Origin: Prorocentrum cordatum
Lineage: Eukaryota
Reading direction: 5' to 3'
Assembly: GCA_963575745.1 (NCBI GenBank)
Contig: CAUYUJ010000325.1
Span: 1 to 64,000, forward strand
DNA: 64,000 nt
The notes under the pieces were generated by a model. That model searched no databases. It was not told where the DNA came from and saw only the letters and a list, made by a program, of their open reading frames with translations. Made by a program: the position numbers and the translations under genes. Of this stretch, positions 23,524 through 34,429 are shown one piece after another. Within the stretch, counting starts at the first letter, position 1. Every line of letters begins with the position of its first letter.

Positions 23524-24767
23524 GAATCACATCTCCAATCTCCAATTCCCTATAACTATACATACACATCTATATACATACATATTACATGTCACATCTC
23601 CCATGGACCATCACTCACATACATGTGTATCTATAGCATACCAACGCCCTAAATCCCTCACATCGCCCCAACCCTCCGCCCCCCCCTCCCGCCCCCCTGC
23701 CGATGACAGCATCGAGCCAAACGGTTGGTGGACGACGCCGGGCGACACAGTGGGCACGTGCGATCAGAAATCCTGCAGTAAGAAACCTCGGGGCAGATTC
23801 CCAGCGAATCACCGAGCATCCCCAGGGGCCACGAGACCCCCCCCATAAGAAATATTGCCATAAGAACCCATCCAATCATACATCTTGGGGCAGACCCCAT
23901 ATCATCTGCACGCGCACTGAGCCATCGGGAAACGAAACATCCATGGGGCACCTGCTGGCAGGCAGACCTCTTACTCGATGCCCCCATCGCGACCCGCGAC
24001 GCGCGGTCACCTTCGCGCCCACGCGGGGACGCCTTAGAAAAGGGCGGCTCTGCGGCCCAGGCCGCGACGCGCGAAGCTCGAATATCTTCGCGCCCCTGGG
24101 GGATTCAGAAAACCCGAGGAGACCCTGGGGGGGCGAACGCAAAGCTGCGCGGAAAAGAAGGCGGCCGCCAACTATGCGCCAACGCCGATCCTAGTCGGGA
24201 CCGTCCTGAAAATCGATGCACGCGCACCCCGGGCTTCGCCGGGGATGCATGTGAACGACTCGTGGCCAGGATCGACGTTGGCGGCGTAGTTGGCGCCCTC
24301 CGAAGGCGGGCGGCAGCGCGGCCGCGGCAGCTGGCAACGGGGAAAGGCCGCACGGCGAGGGCTCCACTCGCACCCGGGCCCCCGCTCCACCGCGGCCGCC
24401 GCGGGCGCGCCCTAGCGAAGAACCTGGGCGCAGCGCCGGGCCCGTCGGAGGTAGGAGGAGGAGGAGGAGGAGGAGGAAGAGGAGGAGGAGAGGAGGAGGA
24501 GGAGGAAGGAGGAGGAGGAGGGGGGAGGAGGAGGAGGAGGAGGTGGAAGAGGAGGAGGAGGAGGAGGAGGAGGAGGAGGAGGAGGAGGAAGGCCCCGCCG
24601 AACCCGGCCCCAGGGGGAGGAGGAGGGGGCGAGAGGGAGAAGAGAGGAAGCACAGGCAGAGCGGCTGCGAAGGGGGAATAAGGGGAAGAGGATCAGGACG
24701 GGCAGGAGGAAGGAGGAGTCCGCAAGAGGCGGGAACCTCGCGAGAGCCGCACCCGCGCGGCCGCGCC

Positions 24768-25225
24768 GGCGAGGTCCAGGAGGCGCGCATCTGGGACGGC
24801 CACATCTGCGAAGTCCAGGTGGTGCGCATCTGGGACGGCCACATCTGCGAAGTCCTGGTGGTACGCATCTGGGACGGCCACACCTGCGAAGTCCAGGTGC
24901 GCATCTGGAACGGCCACATCTGCGAAGTCCAAGTGGTGCGCATCTGGGACGGCCGCATCTGCGAAGTCCAGGTGGTCCGCATCCGGGACGGCCACGTCTG
25001 CGAATTACAACTGGTACGCATCTGGGACGGCCACATCTACGAAATCCTGGTGGTGCGCATCTGGGACGGCCACATCTGCGAAGTCCAGGTGGTGCGCATC
25101 TGAGACGGCCACATCTGCGAAGTCCAGGTGGCGCGCATCTGGGGCCGCCTCATCTGCGAGGTCCAACTGGTACGCATCTGGGACGGCCACATCTGCGAAG
25201 CCCAGGTGATCCACATCCGGGGCGG
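24768..25225. repeat. 39-bp tandem repeat, about 11-12 copies
   Basis: Unit GCGCATCTGGGACGGCCACATCTGCGAAGTCCAGGTGGT. Confidence 0.95.
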
Positions 25226-25364
25226 CCCAATCGAATATAAATACATGAAGAGTAATTTCCAACATGGAGAAAGCCGACGTAGACGTACACATCTAGAGTG
25301 AATGCTGACGAATACAAGGAGAACTGGCACCCATCGAAACCAGCACCTCGCGTAACCAATCAGA

Positions 25365-25945
25365 CTACCACTCGCCAGCCTCAACGAAAGCGTCCACGTC
25401 AACACTCTTAGGATTGAAATCTACATGAGCCTTAGCGCTGCCGTACATCGGCCCTCTCTGTACCCAAGCGCCAAGGAACGCAACAGGTTCTAACCTTCCA
25501 TGTCGCTTCATCTGGTTCACCCCGACGTTCCGACGCTTGAAGCACCCGACGTGGTGGGGGCACTTAACTATCAATCGCTTGTAAGATTGGAAAACTCCAT
25601 CATGCTCCTCGAAAGACAAAGGACACCCCACCACGCTGACGGGCCAATCATCATCGCTATCTCCTCCATCCACAATGCGGCTGCTTGCAGCAGAACTGGA
25701 TCCTGCTGGTGGCCCGTCTGCCTCCGAATCCGGGAAAGACGACCTGGCAACGTCGGAGGAGTCAGAATCCAAACTCGAGACTGGCGGCTCGCCAGCGGGC
25801 GCCCCGCCCACTGCGCCCTTCTGGCTGTCAGAGTCGCTGATGATACCCCCCCCCATCAGATGACGCATCAGGCACGACGGGGGCCTCAATCACCGGCAAA
25901 GCAGGGGGGGCGTCGGCCAGCGCAACCATGGCAGCGTCGTCTTCG
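25365..25945 (-). CDS. hAT-like transposase, last exon with C-terminal CPHH..C.KRR...FLGAW...H domain
   Basis: Two overlapping ORFs joined by a frameshift in the 9-C run at 25846-25854. The acceptor is obscured by the A-rich tract; stop at 25365. Confidence 0.6.
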
Positions 25946-26011
25946 AGAAAAAAAAAAAAGAAAAAAAAAAAACAAAGAAAAAAAAGAAAAAAAAAGAGAA
26001 AAAAATGAGAA

Positions 26012-26043
<32 letters not shown>

Positions 26044-26225
26044 AAAAATAAAAAAAAAGAAAAAAAAAAGATAAAAAAAAAAAACAAGAACGAAAAACAA
26101 AGAGAAAGAGGAACGAAAAAGAAAAAAGAAATAAGATAAAAACCAGACCAGAAAAACAGAAAAAGAAAAAGAAAAAAGAAAAAAAAAGAAGCGTGGCATC
26201 GGGGCTGGGCGCCGCGCGGGGTCTC

Positions 26226-26832
26226 CTTCAAGTCGTTCAAAAATTTCCTGTAGGCAGCGTCTGGGCGACCATGGGGAATGTCGCCAGGTCTCGGCGCAGC
26301 CAGAATCGCTTGGTAGAATGTCAGCACCTGATTAACGTGTAGCTCGCCCAGCCCCCTCGCGCCCAACTCCGCCAACGCAATCACGCACCTCAGATGCAGC
26401 GAATTGCTTCTGTCGAGACGCAGCGCCAAAATCTTACCACCGGGATCATCATGCAACGAGTGCGGGCCATGGCGATCCCCAGGGACCCATCCAGCTTCTC
26501 TGAGATACTCCATCAACATGAGCTCAGGCGCATCTGCGTCTGCGATGGTCAAGCCGGGCTCTGCGCGGACTGGGCGCGACAAGTTCACGCAACCTGCGAC
26601 GTCCGACATGGAGGCCACCCAGACCTGGAGGTCCGCGCGCATCACGCTGAAACTGGCGAACTGCATGACGTCCACCACCTCGGGATCGCTCAGCGGAAAC
26701 ACTTCGAGTTCATCTGGGCTCACGTTGCCCCCGCGCCAGAACTCCAACTCCATGCATATGGCAGGGATGGCGCCCTCATGAGCAGCGGCAGGATCCCGGC
26801 GAGCCCCTCGACGCCGCGTCGAGACCAATCGC
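26226..26832 (-). CDS. hAT-like transposase, exon 7
   Basis: ACAG|GCG acceptor, AAG|GAG donor, 607 nt returning to phase 0 (EYLREAGW, HLRCVIAL, TFYQAIL). Confidence 0.7.
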
Positions 26833-27372
26833 CTGTTGCGCGGGGGGCCAACGGCCAGGGGTGCCCGATGGGGGCGTCACCAAAACCCGCGACAGCCCCT
26901 CAGGAACCCGCAGACTCCTCCTCCTCTTCACCCCCCTCCTCCTCCGAGCCTCCTCCTCCTCCTCCTCCTCCTCCCCCTCGTCGTCCTCGTCGTCGTCGTC
27001 GTCGTCGTCCTCCTCCTCCTCCTCCTCCCCCTCGTCGTCCTCGTCGTCGTCGTCGTCGTCCTCCTCCTCCCCGTCCTCCTCCTCCCCCTCGTCGTCCTCG
27101 TCGTCGTCGTCGTCCTCCTCCTCCTCCTCCTCCTCCCCCTTCCGCCTCCTCCCCCATCCCCTTCCTGCCTCCTGTAACCTGTTTCAGGACGCGCCACCAT
27201 CCCGAGCAAATTTTCTCCGCCCCCCTCCCCCCCCCCTGCCATCGCCCTCGCCGCCGATACCGAACTGGCCGCCAGATGGAGGTGATGCAGGGAACTGGCG
27301 GTTGGATTGACTTGGCGTGGCTTGGAAACGGAAGCGAGGATCGCCCTGGAAACGAAATGGCCCCCCGCCTGC

Positions 27373-27633
27373 CTGCGGCCGGGGTTCAGCTCCAGGAGCT
27401 GGAAGCACCTGCGCTCGCCAAGGCCGCCTCCGTCTCGCGGAATCGTGTAGTACCCGCCCTGCTTCAAGCACATGCTCAAATATTCCTTCTGGACGCGCAA
27501 AGTAGACAGCGCAGCCTTGGACAGGGCTGGCTTCTGCCTCCCGGGCGCCGGGGGGATGAGGTTGCTCCAATCCACGTGAGCGTGGGGGCCCATGCGGTAC
27601 AGTTCCGACCTGAACTCAGGAGTGCTCATCCTC
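27373..27633 (-). CDS. hAT-like transposase, exon 6
   Basis: CCAG|GAG acceptor, CAG|GCA donor, 261 nt, phase 2 to phase 2 (RMSTPEFRSELYRMG...LELNPGR). Confidence 0.7.
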
Positions 27634-28433
27634 CTGGCCAGGGGGGTAAACGGCAAGCGAAACACCAAGGGCCGCGTCGCGCAGAGCCCGCTGGGGGGGC
27701 GTCCACCTTTTCTTCTCCCCCCCCGCCCCCCCTCATCGAAAACGCATCGTGGGCGGCGAAAGGTCCTCCTCCTCCCTCCTCCTCCTCCGCCGCCACCTCC
27801 TCCTTCTCCTCCTCCTCCTCCTCCTCCCCCTCCCCCTTCCCCCCACTCCCCCCTCCCCCCTCCCCCTCCCCTTCTCCCTCCTCCTCCACCTCCGCCTCCC
27901 CCTCCTCCTCATCATCATCCTCCTCTTCCTGCTCCTCATCCTCCTCCTCCTCCTCCACCTCCTCCTCCCCGGGGCCCCCTCCTCCCCCTCCCCCACCCTC
28001 CTCCTCCTCCTCCTCCCCCTCCCCCCCCTCTTCCTCCTCCTCCTCCGTGCCCGAGGCTTGCGACCCCCCCAAAAAAAGAAAACGGACGCTTGAGGACGCG
28101 AGAAAGCGCGTGTAGATATCTATTGGCGTGGCATCCTGCTCCTCGTCGCCCTCCTCCTCCTCCTCCTCCTCCTCCTCCTCCTCCTCCCCCTCCCCCCTCC
28201 TTCCTCCTCCTCCCTCCTCCTCCCTCGTCCTCCACTTTCGCCTCCTCCGCCTCATCATCATCATCATCCTCCTCTTCCTGCTCCTCCTCATGTTCCTCCT
28301 CCCCCTCCTCCTCCTCCTCCTCCTCCTCCTCCTCCTCCTCCCCCTCGCCCCCCCCGCCCCCCTCTCGATCCCCCTTGCTGGCGCGGCCCTGCGCGACGCC
28401 GCCCGCGCCGGTTGCCCCCATGGCCCCGCCAAC

Positions 28434-28837
28434 CTTGGACGTAGAAGTTGCCGTGACTCCTGCATTGATCTCCTCCGCGTGGCTGCAACCGGGGGCTTCT
28501 GTATAATTCTCTTGTAGGCGTCCCACTCCCGACAAACGAGATCCTCGCCATCCGGAAGGTCCAGGACGTTGTCGATATACTCAAGGTCGGCCTCGGCAGT
28601 TGACGTAGCGGACAGCCAAGGGATCCGAGACGCTCTCGCCCGAGTCGATTCGACGTGCACGGTCCGGTGGATCCCCTCGACCTCGTCTTCGACGATGCGA
28701 AACGCAGCAAGAGACATGATTGCATCGAGCAACGTCGGGTCGAGTCCCCCCCCGTTGGAATGAGCGACCATGTGGCGCCGCAGCTGGCCTCCTGGATCGC
28801 AGAACTCGCGGCTCACCCGGTGGTGCGTGGAGGGGTC
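28434..28837 (-). CDS. hAT-like transposase, exon 5 with candidate catalytic E (IVEDEVEGIH)
   Basis: GCAG|GAC acceptor, AAG|GTT donor, 404 nt ending in phase 2, matching the next acceptor. Confidence 0.75.
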
Positions 28838-29569
28838 CTGCCATGGATGGTCGTCGCCGTCGTCGTCGGTGGCGACGACGGCGACGACAACGATGACGGA
28901 TGCGGCGACAACGACGGACCGTCGTCGACGTCCTCCCGCCTCCTCGTCGTCGTCGTCCTCCTCCTCATCCTCCCTCCTCCTCCTCCTCCTCCTCCTCCTC
29001 CTCCTCCTCCTCCTCCTCCCTCCCCTTCCCTCTCCTCCTCCCTCCTCCTCCGTCCTCCTCCTCCTGTTCCTTCTCCTCGTCCCCGCCCTCGTCATCGCCC
29101 CCCTCTCCCCCCTCCTCCTTGAGGCGCGCGTCTCCTCTTCCCCCCCTCCTCCCCCTCCTCCTCCTCCTCCCCCTCCTCCTCCTCCTCCTCCTCCTCCTCC
29201 TTGAGGCGCGCGCCTCCCCCTCCTCCTCCCCCCCTCGCCGGCTCGCCGTCGTCGTCGGTCTTTCCGTCCTCCTCCTCGCCCTCCTTCCTCCTCCTCCTCC
29301 TCCTCCTCCTCCTCCGCCTCCTCCTCCTCCTCCTCCTCCTCCTCCCCCCCTCCCTCCTCCGCCGTCCGTCCGTCCTCCTCCTCCCCCTCGTCCTCGCCCT
29401 TGTCGCCCTCCCCCTCCTCCTCCTCCCCCTCCACCTCCTGGTCCTCGTCCTCCTCCTCCTCGTCCTCCTCCTCCTCGTCCCCGTCCTCCCCCCCCCTCCC
29501 TTTCCTAATCCCAGGTCCCAGGTGGGGCGGCGCCAAGGCTGGGGGAGGCCCCCCCCCCGCCCGGAGCTC

Positions 29570-29794
29570 CTCCTCGGCGTCGTACTGCCGGAGGCACTCG
29601 GTCGCGATCTCGACCTCGTCCGCCTGGCACAGCAAGTAAGGGATAACCTCCGCAAACTTGAACTTGACGCGAACCAGGCCAGATGCAAACTTCATGGCGT
29701 TCGAAACGTCCAGAGCGAGCTCGGCCCTCCCGCCGACGTCGGCGGGCGTCATGCTCTGGGACACCTGCAGCATCTGCCCCACCACGTCGCTCAC
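29570..29794 (-). CDS. hAT-like transposase, exon 4
   Basis: CCAG|GTG acceptor, GAG|GAG donor (29570 or 29573), phase 0; contains IPYLLC. Confidence 0.75.
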
Positions 29795-30044
29795 CTGGGC
29801 GGCGGCAGCGCGGGCGCGGGAAGGGGAGGGGCCCGGGCCCGACGGAGGGGAGGGGGGGCGATTTTGGGGGAGGACAATGGGTTGCGGCTTGTCTCGAAGG
29901 GGGAGAGGGGAGGGAGGGGGGGGGAGGGGGGGAGGGAGGGGGGGAGGGAAAAACTGAAAATCGCCTGCCCCCCCCCCCTCCCTCCCCGGGCAAGGGCAAA
30001 GGGGGGGCGGCAGGAGGGTATTTTAATTGGAGCCGCCAGCTGGC

Positions 30045-31694
30045 CTTGCCGCGTAGCTCCCGGAGTCGGCAGCCCTTCCTCGCGCAATGAACGGTCTTGC
30101 CCATCCTCAAGTCCTCCTCGTGGCACGGGCAGCCTCCGCCCCACGAGCGAGCTTTTTCGCACACGTGCGATATGACGAAAACCGCCTCGAGCCTGTCCCA
30201 AAAGAGCTGGTCCTCGAACGCAGCGCACACCTTCTTGAAAATCTCGGGCTCTTTGGATTTGATGGTCCCCAACGCGTTCTTCACTGCCTCCCAGTGGCCT
30301 CGGAGGAACTCGACGTTGCGGATGCCCTTGCAGGCGTCATACAATGTAGACCATCTCCATTTTGCGAACGTGCCAGGCGCCTTGGACAGCGCTGCGTCCT
30401 GCTGCGGGGTCCAGTCCCGCACTCCGCCGATGAAGATCCGAACGTCCTTGACGCGCAGAAATTTCACGCAGGCCTTAAGCGACGCCAACCAGTCGGGGTA
30501 CCAATCCAGCACACAACACACGTCCTTGACCAAATTGTACCAAATATGGTTATACCCAGGTATGTAAAGGCCGCGAGGAAATAGGAACGAATCTGCATCC
30601 ACTGCCGCGGTAGTTTCCCCAGAGGCAAGCCAATGGAAGAAGCACGGGAGAACGTCTGGCGCATCTATGATCGCCATCTCCGTGCCCATGTCTGTCAACA
30701 TGACCCGGACTGAATTGGTGAACTGCCTGACAGTCTCGATGCGCGGCCCATAGGCGACCCACAGCATCCAGCAGAGAGCCATCAATTTATCATCTAGGCT
30801 GCGGTGGCCATGCCCCAGGGTCGTGAGCGACAGCAAACGCTTGGACTTGCAATCTAAGTCTGCGGCCTCCGCCCGATAACTGATGCACCCGAAGATCTCC
30901 AAGCCTATCTGCGGCGACGCGTCAACGCCGAGGGCGTGCCAGCACGCCGGCGGCGCACCCATGCCGGGAGCCTCGGACGCCCACTCGCGGCGCCTCAGCA
31001 ACGCAGCGACGCACTGGACCCGCGCCCTGTCCGCCCATAGAAGCGAGCGCCCTGGGCACTTCTTGGCCTCGTCCAACAACTCGGCAGCCTTCTCGGGAAA
31101 CATTGCCTCAACTGCAGCGCGGAAAGTCTTGCCTGTCTTTCTCAAGTCCTTCTCATTCAAAGTGGCCTTCACGAACTTGATGCGCGAAATCGGATCATTG
31201 CACGCCTGTTTCCCGCGAGGCGGCATTCGGCCAACCATCGTAAAAGGTAGCGCGGGAGCCGCGGTCAGAAACTCTGTGAGCACGTGCCTCCTGGGAAAAG
31301 CATGGTGTAGTAGAGCGTCCGAACGAGTGCGGGCGGTGATCGGGGTGACCCAGGCGCAGTTCCAGCGACAAGAGACGATTTCGCGAGCCATGTGACCATC
31401 CCATTTTGCGTGGATCAAATCAGGGTGGGCATCGTGCTTCTCGACCGCTCTCGAGAAGTACCGCCTGACATCTGCTAAAGAACCGAAGCCACCGCCGACC
31501 ATTTTGAAACAATCACCCCGTTCCTGAAGAGCCTCAAGCAACCACGTGCCAATATGATCCCAGGCTTCTGCTGGAACCTGCAAGGTATGCCTCATGAGAT
31601 GGACCTGCAGGGGGTCGATTCTGTAAACGATGTATCCATTATGTTTGGCGCACGTGGGCTTCTTGTCCAACGCCTTTCTCATGATCGTAAACTC
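30045..31694 (-). CDS. hAT-like transposase, exon 3, catalytic core
   Basis: 550 uninterrupted codons with LGVDASPQ (first D), MLTDMGTE (second D), IPGYNH (CxxH-equivalent), KWRWSTL (RW motif) and GCPCH..CARKG. ACAG|GAG acceptor, AAG|GCC donor. Confidence 0.8.
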
Positions 31695-32164
31695 CTGTAG
31701 CGCTGTAGGAGGAGTTGGAGGAGGAGGAGGGGGGGAGGAGGAGGAGGAGGAGGAGGACGAGGAGGAGGAGGAGGAGGAGTAGACGACGGCGTCGACGAAA
31801 GGGGATGGCGAGCAGGAGCAGGGGGGGTGGCTGAGGAAGGGGGGGAGAGGCAGGAGTTGAGGAGAGGGGGGCCTGCGCCGCACCCGCCGGCGGAACCAGG
31901 GTGATCAGGCGATGGGGAGGGGGGGGGATGGGGAGGAGGAGGAGGAGGGGGAGGAGGAGGAGGAGGAGGAGGAGGAGGAGGAGGAGGAGGAGGAGGGGGA
32001 GGGGGGGGGAGGGAGGAGAGGGACGAGGAGGAGGAGGAGGCGGATAAGGAGGAAGGATAAGGAGGATAAGGAAGATATAAGGAGGAAGGATAAGGAGGAT
32101 AATGATGATAAGGGAAGGATATCGACGCCGACGAGGAGGAAGATAAAAAGGAAGAGGGAAACTC

Positions 32165-32305
32165 CTCGTCATCGCGGAGCTGGGACGCCGCCAGCAAATC
32201 CACGATCTCGCAGTGGACGTGCGCCAAGCCCAAGACCCAGACACCCGGCGTGCCGATCACCGGCGTGCCGAACACGCGCGTCTCGGCGCAGTCGACCCAC
32301 GCGCC
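32165..32305 (-). CDS. hAT-like transposase, exon 2
   Basis: CCAG|GGC acceptor, GAG|GAG donor, 141 nt, phase 0 (GAWVDCAE...LRDDE). Confidence 0.65.
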
Positions 32306-32592
32306 CTGGCCCCATCCCATCAAGCGCGCACCGACTCCTGACTGCGATCCCCCTCCTCCTCCTCCTCCTCCTCCTCCTCCTCCTCCTCCTCCTCCTCTCG
32401 GGTCGGGCGAAAGAGGGGGGATAGCAAAGGGGGGGGTGAGAATCAGCTCACGTAGCTGATTTTCCCGGCGCCTCCCGGCGCCGGAGGCGCCCATGCATCG
32501 AGGAACGGGCCCCTCGGTGAGGCCGAAACTAGCTGCATGCAGCAAATTTCGTAACCCCCCCTTTCCCAATCCCCCCCTTTCGCCCGACCCCA

Positions 32593-32625
<33 letters not shown>

Positions 32626-32944
32626 TCTTCCTACTCCCCCTTCGCCGGGCTTTACGTCGATGTCTCGCCGGCGGTGTCCCGAAGGCTCTCGGGGGCTCTC
32701 GAGCCGCAGGGCCCACGGGGGCGAGACCACGGCGAGAAGCCGACCCCGAAGACGGGGTCGGGGTCCGGAAGAGGAGGAGGAGGAGGAGGAGGAGGATGAG
32801 GAGGAGGAGGAGGAGGGGAAGGGGGAATAGGAGGAGGGGAGGAGGAGGAGGAGGAGGAGGAGGAGGAGGAGGAGGAGAGGAAGAGGAGGAGGAGGAGGAA
32901 GAGGAGGAGGAGGCATCATGTTTTGCATGTGGGTACCCGCGGGC

Positions 32945-33585
32945 CTTCAAGTCGGCGGCCACCGGCCGCGCCGGACGAGCTCCTCCCGCGAGTGCACCCC
33001 GAGCCAGCGCGGGGGGACCTGCAGCTGCTGGAAGGAAATCCTCAGCTGCACAACATCGCGAGGTCCCCCCCCGAGGACCGCGATGTCGTGCAGCTGGAGA
33101 ACCTCCGCCAGCAGCCGGCAGTACGACTCCGCGCCATCGCGGTCCTCCGGCGGCCGCTGGCGCCGCGCCGCCTCCACGACGCGCGCCTCTGCGGCGGCCG
33201 CGCGCTGCGCCTCCGCGACCGCGCGGACCTCCGCGGAGGTCGCGCGCTCCCTCGCGGCGGCCGCGCGCTGCTCCGCGTCGGCCGCGCGCGCCTCCGCGGA
33301 GGTCGCGCGCGCCTCCGCGTCGGCCGCGCGAGCCTCCGCGTCGGTCGCGCGCGCCTCCGCGTCGATCGCGCGCCTCTCTGCGGCCTCCGCGCGAGCCTTC
33401 GCGTACGCGCCCCCGCCGCGCCGTTTGGGCGCCACGGCGGGGGCGCCGGCGGGCGCGGCGGCCGCGGCCGCCGCCTCCGCCGCCGCTGGCGCCGCCGCTT
33501 CGGCAGCGGGTGCAGCGGCCGCCGCCTCAGCAGTGGGCGCGGCGGCCGCGGGCGCCACCGCCTCGGGCGCCGCGCGCTTGCCCAT
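32945..33585 (-). CDS. hAT-like transposase, exon 1 (Ala-rich leader plus heptad coiled coil)
   Basis: MGKRAAPE...AEARATD/AEARAAD heptads...SREELV. The AAG|GCC donor at 32945 needs a frameshift near 32965, so this boundary is uncertain. Confidence 0.55.
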
Positions 33586-33684
33586 GGGCCCCCCCGCGAC
33601 GGCCGCCGCCGACGCCGGGGAGGGCGCTGGTCTGTGGGGCGCAGCGCGAGCGCGCGCCCTCCTCACTCTACAGATAGAGGAAAA

Positions 33685-33831
33685 AGAACTATGCACATGC
33701 ACCGATTCTGGCCAGGCCCATCCTGAGCCCGAGATCGGTGTATACGCCCTCCTACCTTGGCCAGGAAGGCATATGCACCGATCCTGGGTCAAGGATGGGC
33801 CTTGCCAGGATCGGTGCATGTGCATAGTTCT
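33685..33831. mobile_element. 147-bp foldback (MITE-like) with ~69-bp arms
   Basis: AGAACTATGCACATGCACCGAT...CCT / AGG...ATCGGTGCATGTGCATAGTTCT arms around a 9-nt loop. Confidence 0.75.
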
Positions 33832-34012
33832 CTTCGCCCGAACGGAACTCACCGCGCGCGAGCGCTACGTCGGACGCAGCATCGCACCCTGATTAATATC
33901 CTCATTATCGTCCTCCTCCTCCTCCTCCGGCTGCTGCTGCTGCTGCTGCCCCTCAATCTCCTCCTCCACCTCCTAACTGCGACGCTCGAAGCGCTACAGT
34001 CGACCCGCATAG

Positions 34013-34277
34013 GAAGGGTGCGCGGCAAAGGCGCAAGGGCCTTGGAAGGCCTTGTTGACGATTTCCGAAGATGCAAAACCTCAGGACGCAAGGCCGAACT
34101 TAAGGATGCAATGCAGACATTCATTGGCGACGTGCTCATCCTTACTATGCGGGTTGACTGCATATGACGATGCCCGCTGCCCCTCCTGCTTCGACCAATC
34201 TTCCAAGATGGCGCACAAAGCCCGAGTCGGAGCGCCGTGAACGCGTCGCCGACGCGGGTGCGGAGCAAGAACAGCAG
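34013..34277 (+). pseudogene. Possible exon of a divergently oriented gene with an in-frame TGA
   Basis: Coding-like RVRGKGARALEGLVDDFRRCKTSGRKAELKDAMQTFIGDVLIL; ATAG|G and CAG|GC boundaries. Confidence 0.3.
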
Positions 34278-34429
34278 GCCCGCCACCGCTACCTCCCGCG
34301 AGACGGGCGGGCGCGCGGGCGTTGCCGGAAAGGGCGAAAGGAGGAGTTCTGACTGGGGGCGCGGGGAGAAGGAATGAGGGAGAGAGTTGTGGGATTGGAT
34401 GGGAAGGAACATGAACGAAGGAAGGAAAG

